From assembly GCA_034435055.1 (NCBI GenBank), contig DAOTXS010000097.1:66864-130863 (forward strand): a stretch of 64,000 bases of DNA, in the 5' to 3' direction. Positions within the stretch are counted from its first letter, which is position 1. Each line of letters opens with the position of its first letter. A model generated the notes under the pieces. That model made no database searches. It saw only the letters and a list, made by a program, of their open reading frames with translations, and had not been told where the DNA came from. Source of the stretch: Anaerolineae bacterium (GTDB taxonomy: Bacteria; Chloroflexota; Anaerolineae; UBA4142). This document shows positions 24,231-33,477 of this stretch, in pieces. The position numbers and the translations under genes are program-made.

Positions 24231-26599
24231 TGATCAAACGATTGCGTGCGGAAATTCGCGGCGCGGTGCAGGGCGTCGGTTTTCGTCCGTTTGTTTATCG
24301 GCTGGCGACCGAACTTGCGCTCAAGGGCTGGATCATCAACGATACACGCGGTGTCTTTATCGAAGTTGAAGGAGACGAGACAGCGCTGGCGCGTTTCATC
24401 GAACGCTTGCCAGAGGAAAAACCGCCCCGTTCGATCATTCATTCATTCGATTTGACCTGGCTTGCACCGGTTGGCTTTGCGCAATTTGAAATCCGTCATA
24501 GCGATGAATCGGGCGCGAAAACGGTGCTCGTCTTGCCCGACATTGCCACTTGCCCCGACTGTCTCGCTGAAGTTTTCGATCCAAGGAATCGGCGTTATCG
24601 TTATCCCTTTACCAATTGCACCAACTGCGGTCCGCGTTTTACAATCATCGAAGCCTTACCCTACGACCGTCCCAACACGACGATGCGCCGGTTCACAATG
24701 TGTGCAGATTGCCAACACGAGTACGAAAATCCGCTCGACCGGCGTTTTCACGCGCAACCGAATGCCTGTCCGGTGTGTGGTCCCACGTTAAAAGTTACAA
24801 GTTCCAAGTTCAAAATTGAGAACCTTGAACCTGAAACCTTGAACCTTGAACCCATCGCACACACCGCGCGTCTCCTCGCGCAAGGTTACATCGTCGCCGT
24901 CAAAGGTCTGGGCGGATTTTTGTTGATGGCGGACGCGCGCAACGCTGAGGCGCTGGCACGTTTGCGTGAGCGCAAGCCTCGCCGTGATAAACCGTTCGCG
25001 TTGATGGCGCGCGATCTGGTGCAAGCGCGCACGCTCGTTGAGCTAGACCCCCAAGCCGAAGCCTTGCTCACCTCGCCTGAATCGCCGATTGTGTTGTTGC
25101 GTCGTAAGCACAATGCGCCGGTTGCGGAGAATATTGCACCTGGCAATCCGTACCTGGGTGTGATGTTACCGTACACCCCCTTGCATCATTTGCTCTTACG
25201 CGCGATTGATTTTCCGGTCGTTGCCACCAGCGGCAACTTGAGCGACGAACCGATTTGCATTGACGAAACCGAAGCGGTGCAACGCCTAGGACACATCGCC
25301 GATTTCTTTCTTGTGCACAATCGTCCGATTGCGCGGCACGTGGACGACAGCGTGATGACCATCATGCTAGGCGAGCCGCGATTCTTGCGGCGCGCACGTG
25401 GATACGCGCCGATGCCGGTGTTGCTCAAACACGAGATTCCAACGATTCTGGGCGTTGGGGCGCATCTCAAGAATACAATCGCGCTATCGGTTCGCAACCA
25501 AGTCTTTATCAGTCAGCACATTGGCGATTTGGAAACGCCCGAAGCGATGAAGGCGTTCGAGCGCGTGATCGCCGATTTTCTGAAATTATACGAAGCGACG
25601 CCCATCGCCGTCGCGCACGATTTGCATCCGGATTATCTTTCGACTAAGTGGGCGCACGCGTGGATGACGAAAGACGAAAGACGAACGACGAATGATTCGT
25701 CCTTGGTCGTTCGTCCTTCGTCCTTGGTCGTTGTCCAGCACCACCACGCTCACCTTGCTGCGTGCCTCGCCGAGAATCAAGCCGACCGTGCATTGGGGGT
25801 GATGTGGGACGGTACGGGGTACGGAACGGACGGCACAATTTGGGGCGGCGAATTTTTGCTCGGCGATGCAAAAGATTTTGTGCGCGTCGCGCATCTGCGT
25901 CCGTTTCGCTTACCCGGTGGCGATGCCGCCATCAAAGAGCCGCGCCGTTCAGCGTTTGCATTGTTGTACGCAATGTTTGGTGAAGCGATCATCGAGCGCG
26001 ATGATCTGGCACCGATACGCACGTTGACATCGGCGGAACGCAAGACACTGGTGCAAATGTTGAGCAAAGGAATCAACTCACCGATCACCACGAGTGTCGG
26101 ACGATTATTCGATGGCGTTGCTGCGCTGATCGGTTTACATCCACACGTTTCGTTTGAAGGTCAAGCGGCGATGGCGCTCGAGTATGCGGTAGATGCGACG
26201 GTGAGGGACGCATACCCAATCGAGACGAAAGACGAAGGACGAAAGACGAGGGATTTGTCCTCCGTCGTTCGTCCTTCGTCCTCCGTCCTCGACTGGCACC
26301 CCCTCATCGAATCCGTGTTGAGCGACTTGTCACGCGGCATCGAACGGAGTATTATTGCGGCACGGTTTCATAACGCGCTTGTGCAAGCGATTGTTGCGGT
26401 GGCAAAACAAATCGGCGAGGAAAAGGTTGCGCTGAGCGGCGGCTGTTTTCAGAATCGTTTCTTGACCGAACGTGCGGCAACCGAACTCGCGCAAGCCGGC
26501 TTTCGCGTCTTGTTGCACCAACACGTTCCGCCGAATGATGGGTGTATCAGTTTGGGACAGGTGGTCGTCGCGGCGGCGCGTCTGACTACTAACCACTAA
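24230..26599 (+). CDS. hypF: Carbamoyltransferase HypF
   Basis: It has the acylphosphatase-like 'IRGAVQGVGFRPFVYRLA', two Zn-finger pairs (CPDCLAEV...CTNCGPRF; CADCQHEY...CPVCGP), and YrdC-like and Kae1-like regions. It forms a TAATG overlap with hypA. It contains three in-frame heptamer-hairpin insertions. Confidence 0.95.
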   Translation: MIKRLRAEIRGAVQGVGFRPFVYRLATELALKGWIINDTRGVFIEVEGDETALARFIERLPEEKPPRSIIHSFDLTWLAPVGFAQFEIRHSDESGAKTVLVLPDIATCPDCLAEVFDPRNRRYRYPFTNCTNCGPRFTIIEALPYDRPNTTMRRFTMCADCQHEYENPLDRRFHAQPNACPVCGPTLKVTSSKFKIENLEPETLNLEPIAHTARLLAQGYIVAVKGLGGFLLMADARNAEALARLRERKPRRDKPFALMARDLVQARTLVELDPQAEALLTSPESPIVLLRRKHNAPVAENIAPGNPYLGVMLPYTPLHHLLLRAIDFPVVATSGNLSDEPICIDETEAVQRLGHIADFFLVHNRPIARHVDDSVMTIMLGEPRFLRRARGYAPMPVLLKHEIPTILGVGAHLKNTIALSVRNQVFISQHIGDLETPEAMKAFERVIADFLKLYEATPIAVAHDLHPDYLSTKWAHAWMTKDERRTTNDSSLVVRPSSLVVVQHHHAHLAACLAENQADRALGVMWDGTGYGTDGTIWGGEFLLGDAKDFVRVAHLRPFRLPGGDAAIKEPRRSAFALLYAMFGEAIIERDDLAPIRTLTSAERKTLVQMLSKGINSPITTSVGRLFDGVAALIGLHPHVSFEGQAAMALEYAVDATVRDAYPIETKDEGRKTRDLSSVVRPSSSVLDWHPLIESVLSDLSRGIERSIIAARFHNALVQAIVAVAKQIGEEKVALSGGCFQNRFLTERAATELAQAGFRVLLHQHVPPNDGCISLGQVVVAAARLTTNH
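24792..24853. repeat. Heptamer-periodic imperfect hairpin repeat (AAGTTCC arm / AACCTTG arm), in-frame in hypF
   Basis: The sequence is aagttac aagttcc aagttca aaattgag aaccttg aacctga aaccttg aaccttg aaccc. It encodes KVTSSKFKIENLEPETLNLEP. Confidence 0.85.
25663..25736. repeat. Heptamer-periodic imperfect hairpin repeat (GAAAGAC arm / TCGTCCT-TGGTCGT arm), in-frame in hypF
   Basis: The sequence is gaaagac gaaagac gaacgac gaatgat tcgtcct tggtcgt tcgtcct tcgtcct tggtcgt tgtcc. It encodes MTKDERRTTNDSSLVVRPSSLVVV. Confidence 0.9.
26222..26290. repeat. Heptamer-periodic imperfect hairpin repeat (GAAAGAC/GAAGGAC arm / GTCCTCC-GTCCTTC arm), in-frame in hypF
   Basis: The sequence is gaaagac gaaggac gaaagac gagggat tt gtcctcc gtcgttc gtccttc gtcctcc gtcctc. 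It encodes ETKDEGRKTRDLSSVVRPSSSVL. Confidence 0.9.
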
Positions 26600-26618
26600 C
26601 CACTGATCACTGTTCACT
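26584..26618 (+). repeat. Tandem heptamer array (NNNCACT x5), single arm, spanning the hypF stop
   Basis: The sequence is gactact aaccact aaccact gatcact gttcact, followed by the hypC RBS ggagg. Confidence 0.7.
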
Positions 26619-26628
26619 GGAGGTTTTT

Positions 26629-26886
26629 ATGTGTCTCGGTGTTCCCGGCAAAGTGATAGCGATTCAACCCAACTCAGTTGGGATGACGATGGGCAAAGTG
26701 GATTTTGGCGGCATCGTCAAAGAAATTTGCCTTGCCTATGTGCCTGAGGTCAAAGTCGGCGAATACGTTATCGCGCATGCCGGCTTTGCGATTAGCACGC
26801 TGGACGAAAAAGAAGCGCGCGAGGTATTTGAAACGCTCAAGCAGATTGACGATTTGTCGTCGTTGGATATTCCGCAACCAGACTAA
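26629..26886 (+). CDS. hypC: Hydrogenase assembly chaperone HypC/HupF
   Basis: It has the N-terminal 'MCLGVPGKV' with the essential Cys2. The protein is 85 aa. Confidence 0.95.
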   Translation: MCLGVPGKVIAIQPNSVGMTMGKVDFGGIVKEICLAYVPEVKVGEYVIAHAGFAISTLDEKEAREVFETLKQIDDLSSLDIPQPD

Positions 26887-26946
26887 CGACGAATGACGAA
26901 TGACGAATGCATTCCTTCGTCCTTCGTCTTTGGTCCTTGGTCGAGG
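26884..26946. repeat. Heptamer-periodic imperfect hairpin repeat (GAATGAC arm / GTCCTTC arm), hypC-hypD intergenic
   Basis: The sequence is taacgac gaatgac gaatgac gaatgca ttccttc gtccttc gtctttg gtccttg gtcgagg. It lies just upstream of the hypD ATG at 26953. Confidence 0.85.
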
Positions 26947-26952
26947 TGTGAG

Positions 26953-28037
<1,085 letters not shown>

Positions 28038-28041
<4 letters not shown>

Positions 28042-29096
28042 GCGCAGTCGAATTTACCGGCGTGCAATGTCCGATTCCCATCAACGAATATCCGCACATC
28101 ACGCTGGCGCACGGCGGCGGCGGACGCTTGATGCAAATGCTCATCGAAAAAATGTTTGTACCGTCGTTTGCCAACCCCGCGCTGGAATCCTTGCACGATG
28201 GCGCGATCATCGAAACGCATGGGGCGCGCCTGGCATTCACCACCGACTCGTATGTGATTCATCCGATTTTTTTCCCGGGCGGTGACATTGGTTCGCTGGC
28301 GGTGCACGGCACGGTGAATGATTTGGCGATGTGTGGCGCGCAACCGCTCGCGCTTTCCTCGGCGCTGATTTTGGAAGAGGGCTTGCCGATGCACGATTTG
28401 TGGCGCATTGTGCAATCGATGCAGAACGCGGCGCAAAAGGTTGGCGTCCCGATTGTGACCGGCGATACCAAAGTGGTGGATCGCGGCAAGGGCGATGGCG
28501 TGTTCATCAATACCGCCGGCATCGGCATGATTCCGGCGCACATTCGCGTTGCGCCACAGCGGGCGCAACCCGGCGACCTCGTTTTGCTTAGCGGTGCGAT
28601 TGCAGTACACGGCATCGCGATTATGTCGGTGCGTGAGGGATTGGACTTTGAAACGCAACTGCAATCCGATTCCGCGCCATTGCACGACATCGTCGCGCGG
28701 GTGCTCGAGGTGGCGGGCGAACACGTTCACGTTTTGCGTGATCCCACCCGCGGCGGAGTGGCAAGCACGTTGAACGAGATCGCCGCATCGGCGAAGGTTG
28801 GGATCCGCTTGCAAGAAACGCAGATTCCAATTGACGATGCGGTGCGCGGCGCGTGCGAAATCCTGGGATTCGATCCGCTCTACGTCGCGAACGAAGGCAA
28901 ATTTCTCGCCATCGTCGCGCGCGAGGTGGCGGAGCAAGTTCTGGCGACGATGCAGGCGCATCCGTTAGGCAAACAATCCGCGATAATCGGTGAGGTGGTT
29001 GCGGATCATCCTGGCAAAGTGTATTTGAAAAGTCGGATTGGTGGAATGCGTGTGGTGGATATGCTCAGTGGCGAGCAACTACCGAGGATTTGCTGA
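28038..29096 (+). CDS. hypE: Hydrogenase maturation carbamoyl dehydratase HypE
   Basis: It has '[14 protein letters not shown]' and an AIR-synthase-like fold pattern, and the C-terminus ends in 'PRIC'. It forms an ATGA overlap with hypD. Confidence 0.95.
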
Positions 29097-29114
29097 TCGC
29101 TAAATTTGCGATAT

Positions 29115-29149
29115 GTCATTTCGAGCGAAGCGAGCAATCTCGTAATGAC
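29115..29149. mobile_element. Short copy of the GTCATT(T/G)CGAG...CGTAATGAC palindromic element
   Basis: gtcatttcgagcgaagcgagcaatctcgtaatgac shares its termini and the 'gcgaagcga(a)gcaatctc' core with 43339-43427. Confidence 0.7.
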
Positions 29150-29171
29150 ATCACCTGCATAGCATCAATTA

Positions 29172-29293
29172 CTAACTGACGTTACGCAATTTCACCGCTG
29201 AGAACGCAAAGTTCGCAGAGAAAAATCCTGAAAAATCTCAGCGGTCTCCGTGGGCTTTGCAGTAAAACAATTCGGTTTGCGTAAGGTGAGTTA
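29172..29293 (-). mobile_element. ~122-bp palindromic MITE-like repeat, copy 2 (inverted relative to copy 1)
   Basis: The reverse complement reads ctcaccTTACGCAAaccgaattgttttactgcaaagcccacggagaccgctgagatttttcaggatttttctctgcgaactttgcgttctcagcggtgaaaTTGCGTAAcgtcagtta. This matches 18102-18223. Confidence 0.8.
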
Positions 29294-29310
29294 CTAACAC
29301 AAACAAAGAA

Positions 29311-29340
29311 CGGGCGAGAAATTTTCTCGCCCGTTTGGTT
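29311..29340. terminator. Bidirectional rho-independent terminator
   Basis: Perfect 10-bp stem CGGGCGAGAA att TTCTCGCCCG, flanked by T-rich tracts on both strands. Confidence 0.7.
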
Positions 29341-29420
29341 GTTGTGGGGGAAACATTGTTGGACGCCACCGAATAAATTCGGCGTCTAATATAGGCGCTA
29401 CGTCTCTGTGAACACCAATG

Positions 29421-29996
29421 TCACAAACGGACGTGCTTGACTTTCTTTCCGTCTATGTTTAGGAAATGAATCTGGCTCAGGTCTTCGCCCCGCAACGCAA
29501 CGCGATATTCATCATACCAGAATCGAAATGGATTCTGGCAGATATCTTTCTCTCTACCGCGAAACTTGGCGTTGTACTGTTCTTTTGTCGTCCAGCGCAG
29601 TTTCCAGCAGTCCGCCTTGCGATTTGGCAAAGTAGTTACGATGATATATGGAATGTGTCTACCGTAAACCTGACTCCACGCTCGGTACGCGTTCACGTCC
29701 TTACTTGGAATTCTCATGTCACTGCTATTCGGGCTTTCGTAGTCAAGGAATAGCACAGGGCGAAGCGGCTCAACCTGAGAGAGGGCAACCAAATCTGGTT
29801 GAAACTTGATTCTCCCGCTGTTCAGGCGGAAATCAACTCCTACGTATTTTACTCCTGCGACGGACGACAGTATTCTCGACAAAATGCCGAGGCTGATAGG
29901 ATGAGTGTAATTCTTGCCAGTCACAGTGAAAGCAAAACACAAACGGGATACGCTTTTCCGTTTCACGCTTGGCGGGTTACGTTTTTCGTATCCCAT
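29421..29996 (-). CDS. Hypothetical protein, possibly Uma2/DUF820-like PD-(D/E)xK nuclease fold; visibly AT-richer than its surroundings
   Basis: The ORF has an ATG at 29996 (MGYEKRNPP), 8 nt after the ABC ATPase stop. The motif pattern 'QPDLVAL ... VLFLDYESPNSS ... KDVNAYRAW ... IPYIIVTT' resembles the Uma2 'PD...E-x-SPS...K...Y' arrangement. This assignment is from memory only. Confidence 0.4.
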   Translation of the reverse strand: MGYEKRNPPSVKRKSVSRLCFAFTVTGKNYTHPISLGILSRILSSVAGVKYVGVDFRLNSGRIKFQPDLVALSQVEPLRPVLFLDYESPNSSDMRIPSKDVNAYRAWSQVYGRHIPYIIVTTLPNRKADCWKLRWTTKEQYNAKFRGREKDICQNPFRFWYDEYRVALRGEDLSQIHFLNIDGKKVKHVRL

Positions 29997-30004
29997 TTCC
30001 TTGG

Positions 30005-31081
30005 TCAATCTTCCGCAATCAGATGACACCGCTCCGGCGGCAGATGAAGCCGCACGTGATCGCCGGTTTTGTAGCGATGGAAGGTGTCGGACTGCACGCG
30101 CAAATCCACATTCCCCGGCAACAACACGCGGTAATCGATGATGTTGCCAAGATACGTCGCTTGTTTGACCGTGCCGGTCAACACATTCTTGTCCACCGAC
30201 GCGTCCGCAAACGCAATATCGTACGGACGAATGTGAAGTAGAATCGATTGCCCCTTGATCAACGGGTCGGTGATGGGGACGGTGAAGACCGCGCCGGCGG
30301 CGGTTACAGTCGCCAACTTGTCGCCAAACGATTCGACGCGCGCGGGGAGAAAATCGCTCAAGCCGATAAAGTCGGCGACGAAACGCGAACGCGGACGCTC
30401 GTAGATTTCTTCCGGCGTACCGAGTTGCGCTAACTTGCCCTGATTGATGATTGCGATGAGGTCGGACATCACAAGTGCTTCTTCCTGCGCGTGCGTTACG
30501 TAAATCGCGGTGATGCCTAAACGCTTTTGCAGATCGCGAATTTCAAAACGCATTTCCTCACGCAATTTTGCATCAAGGTTCGATAGCGGTTCATCGAACA
30601 ACAACACCTTCGGTTCGACGACGAGCGCGCGCGCGAGCGCGACGCGCTGTTGCTGTCCGCCGGAAAGTTGATTCGGCGCGCGATTTTCCAACCCGGTGAG
30701 TTGTGTCAGTTTCATCACGTCATCGATGCGCTTTTTGATTTCGGTCGTCGAAAGTTTTTTGATTTTCAAACCATACGCGATATTCTCGAACACGTTGAGG
30801 TGTGGAAAGATCGCGTAACTTTGAAACACCATTGCCATATCGCGGCGGTTCGGCGGCACATCGTCCAGCCGCGCGCCATCGAGCGAGATGCGACCGCTCG
30901 TTGGAAATTCAAAACCGGCGATCAGCCGAAGCGTCGTCGTCTTGCCGCACCCAGACGGACCCAGCAACGTGACAAACTGTCCCTTTTCGATATTCAGTGA
31001 AACATCGTCCACCGCGGCAACTTCACCTTGTCCACCGCGCGCCGGAAATTTTTTGGTGATGTGATCGAGTGTGAGATACAT
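30005..31081 (-). CDS. ABC transporter ATP-binding protein (PotA/FbpC-type importer ATPase)
   Basis: It has Walker A 'GPSGCGKTT', the signature 'LSGGQQQRVALARAL', Walker B 'LLFDEPLS', and a C-terminal TOBE-like domain. Confidence 0.93.
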   Translation of the reverse strand: MYLTLDHITKKFPARGGQGEVAAVDDVSLNIEKGQFVTLLGPSGCGKTTTLRLIAGFEFPTSGRISLDGARLDDVPPNRRDMAMVFQSYAIFPHLNVFENIAYGLKIKKLSTTEIKKRIDDVMKLTQLTGLENRAPNQLSGGQQQRVALARALVVEPKVLLFDEPLSNLDAKLREEMRFEIRDLQKRLGITAIYVTHAQEEALVMSDLIAIINQGKLAQLGTPEEIYERPRSRFVADFIGLSDFLPARVESFGDKLATVTAAGAVFTVPITDPLIKGQSILLHIRPYDIAFADASVDKNVLTGTVKQATYLGNIIDYRVLLPGNVDLRVQSDTFHRYKTGDHVRLHLPPERCHLIAED

Positions 31082-33433
31082 TTATCCTGCTCCCAAACTT
31101 GTTTCGATGCCGGACGCGCGGAACGCGCGCCCCGCCCACGCGTACATCAAACCGATTGCCGCCAGCACGATGAAAATCAGAATCATCGAGTACGCGGCGG
31201 AAAGACTCATTCCGCCTTGTTCCACCTCGCTCATAATCAACGCGGTCAAGATGGGCCATTTCGCGGACGAAAGGAAAATGATCGCGGAGAGCGAAGTCAT
31301 ATGCCGCGCAAAACTAAAAATCAAACCAGCGACGAATGCCGGGAGAATCAGCGGCAACGTAACCTGACGAAAAGTGAGACTCGCGTCCGCCCCCAGGTTC
31401 GTCGATGCTTCTTCGATGGCTGGGTCGATTTGTTGCAATGAGGCGATGCCGGCGCGCACCGATGCCGGCAAACTGCGCACCGCATACGCGGCGATGATGA
31501 TGTACGGCGAGCCAACGAGCGCGAGCGTTTCGCCGTAAAAAGTTAGCGCGGCGCACACGGCGAGCAAAGCCAGCATTCCAATCACACGCGCGCGGTTAGC
31601 CCACGCGCTGATGATAAAGCCGGCAATCACGGTGTATGTGAATCCCAGGATTGCGAGCGGCGGTTGAAAGAGTAAATTGATCCACGCCGCAACACTCGCG
31701 CCGGTCTTGGGCAAGATGTTGCCGCCTTGTTGCCGTCCCCAAACGCCAATCGGCGCGGTCAAATCGCCGATGAACAAACGCGAGAGCAAATATGCCGCCA
31801 TCACGATCAAGATGATGAACGATGCTTGGCGCGTTTTGGGATTAGCGAAGAACAGACTCGCAAAACCGACGATGACCAAAATTGCCGCGAGTGCAACTGT
31901 CCACGTTTGTTGATCGATGACCGGCAAACTACCGAGCGGCGCGATCAGCGGATTGCTCATCAACGGCGCGCGCCCTTTTTCATCGAGGTTGAGGAAATTA
32001 ATGCCCACGCCGATAAGTGTTCCGACGAGCATCAAGATCACGCGTCCCCAAAATGAATTTGTGCTGGAGCCAACCAAATAATAAGCGAGAGCGACGAACG
32101 TAATCGCGACGATGATGAGCGGCGCTTGAATGAACGCGATGATGTAGCCGATGCCAAGAATCGTGCCGGGCACCGCGCCGCCCAGGTTCGACGCAAAATC
32201 GACTGCCTCTTTTCCGCTAAACGTTTTACGCACAACGAGATACGCGATGATCATTCCAACCAACCCGGCAATCGGCGTGGCGAATGCGGAGAGAAACGTC
32301 GTGTCGAGAATTGGCTTCAAGCCACGATCAATCGCGTTGCCGTAATGACTCAGGTCGAGCGTGTAATCGATACCCCACAGCCGCGTGATCGAGCCGAGGA
32401 AGATCGCGCCGTACAACGCTACGATCAACAGGAGTACAAGAAAAGTAAAAGTGATGAAGGTCCAGCGGATCAGCGGTTCTTTGACAAAGCCCGCGCCGCC
32501 GCCCGTCGGTTTGCCGGTGACCGAGATGTACGATTTGCGCGAGACCCAGTAACGTTGCAAAAGAAACACGGTCAGCGTCGGCAAAAGCAGAATCAAGGAT
32601 AATGCCGCGCCCTTTTGCTGATTGAATTCGCCGTTGACCGCAATCCAGATCTGCGTCGAAAGCACCGTTACGTTGCCGCCGATGAAAATCGGATTGCCCA
32701 AATCGGCGAGCGCTTCGACGAACATCAAGAGAAACGAACCGGCGATGCCGGGCGTCAAGAGCGGCAACGTGATCGTCCGGAAAATATGCCACTTGCTTGC
32801 GCCGAGCGCGAGCGCGGCTTCTTCCATCGAGGGATCGATGCGTTCGAGCAAGCCGCGAATAATCAGATACGCAACGGGAAAGAACGTGATGATCTGGACA
32901 AAGATCAAGCCGTCGAGTCCATAAATATCGTTGACGCCGGGTTTGAATTGAATGTTCAAAATACCTTTGGAGACTAGTCCGGAGCGGCCGAACAAAAGAA
33001 TCGTCGCCAGCGCGATGGCAAACGGCGGCGAAATTGTTGGCACAAGCGTGATGGCGTGAACGAGGCCCTTGAACGGAATATTACAGCGCACCATCGTGTA
33101 TGCAAAAAGAAATCCGACAATCGTGCTCCCAACCGCCGCGCCGATGCCCATCTGAATGGTCCACCAAAAGATTTGTGTGTATTGCGCGGTGAAGGTGGGA
33201 TTCACATAGTTTAAAAAATAATCGATGTTAAACGCGCCCGCATTCGGTTTGCCAGCACCGACGAAGAATCCCTGCCAGATGACGCGGACGAGGGGCCAGA
33301 CGATAAAAGTGAGGATGAATGCGCCGGTGATCAACAAACCGACGAGAAGCACCGGGTCGCGCGCGATGAGTTTGAATTCGCGATAACGGCGCACAAGCGA
33401 GTCGAACAGTGAGGAACGGGCAAGAGTTGTCAT
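31082..33433 (-). CDS. ABC transporter permease, fused double-domain (iron(III)/thiamine-type FbpB-like), 783 aa
   Basis: It is highly hydrophobic. Two EAA-type permease modules are present ('MEEAALALGASKWHIFRTITLPLL' and 'IEEASTNLGADASLTFRQVTLPLI'). Confidence 0.85.
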   Translation of the reverse strand: MTTLARSSLFDSLVRRYREFKLIARDPVLLVGLLITGAFILTFIVWPLVRVIWQGFFVGAGKPNAGAFNIDYFLNYVNPTFTAQYTQIFWWTIQMGIGAAVGSTIVGFLFAYTMVRCNIPFKGLVHAITLVPTISPPFAIALATILLFGRSGLVSKGILNIQFKPGVNDIYGLDGLIFVQIITFFPVAYLIIRGLLERIDPSMEEAALALGASKWHIFRTITLPLLTPGIAGSFLLMFVEALADLGNPIFIGGNVTVLSTQIWIAVNGEFNQQKGAALSLILLLPTLTVFLLQRYWVSRKSYISVTGKPTGGGAGFVKEPLIRWTFITFTFLVLLLIVALYGAIFLGSITRLWGIDYTLDLSHYGNAIDRGLKPILDTTFLSAFATPIAGLVGMIIAYLVVRKTFSGKEAVDFASNLGGAVPGTILGIGYIIAFIQAPLIIVAITFVALAYYLVGSSTNSFWGRVILMLVGTLIGVGINFLNLDEKGRAPLMSNPLIAPLGSLPVIDQQTWTVALAAILVIVGFASLFFANPKTRQASFIILIVMAAYLLSRLFIGDLTAPIGVWGRQQGGNILPKTGASVAAWINLLFQPPLAILGFTYTVIAGFIISAWANRARVIGMLALLAVCAALTFYGETLALVGSPYIIIAAYAVRSLPASVRAGIASLQQIDPAIEEASTNLGADASLTFRQVTLPLILPAFVAGLIFSFARHMTSLSAIIFLSSAKWPILTALIMSEVEQGGMSLSAAYSMILIFIVLAAIGLMYAWAGRAFRASGIETSLGAG

Positions 33434-33445
33434 ATGCGATTAAAA

Positions 33446-33466
33446 GGGGCGGGGTTACCCCGCCCC
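33446..33466. promoter_or_regulatory. Perfect GC-rich palindrome/hairpin between the SBP and permease genes
   Basis: GGGGCGGGGT t ACCCCGCCCC, with no adjacent U-tract. It lies in the 44-nt gap between the SBP stop (33478) and the permease start (33433). Confidence 0.7.
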
Positions 33467-33477
33467 TACAAGGTGAT

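Noticed and set aside
29356-29385. Small imperfect palindrome GACGCC-acc-GAAT-aa-ATTC-GGCGTC downstream of the orphan gene.
   Set aside because: It is short, has a bulge and occurs only once in the window. I cannot distinguish it from chance or from part of the nearby terminator region.
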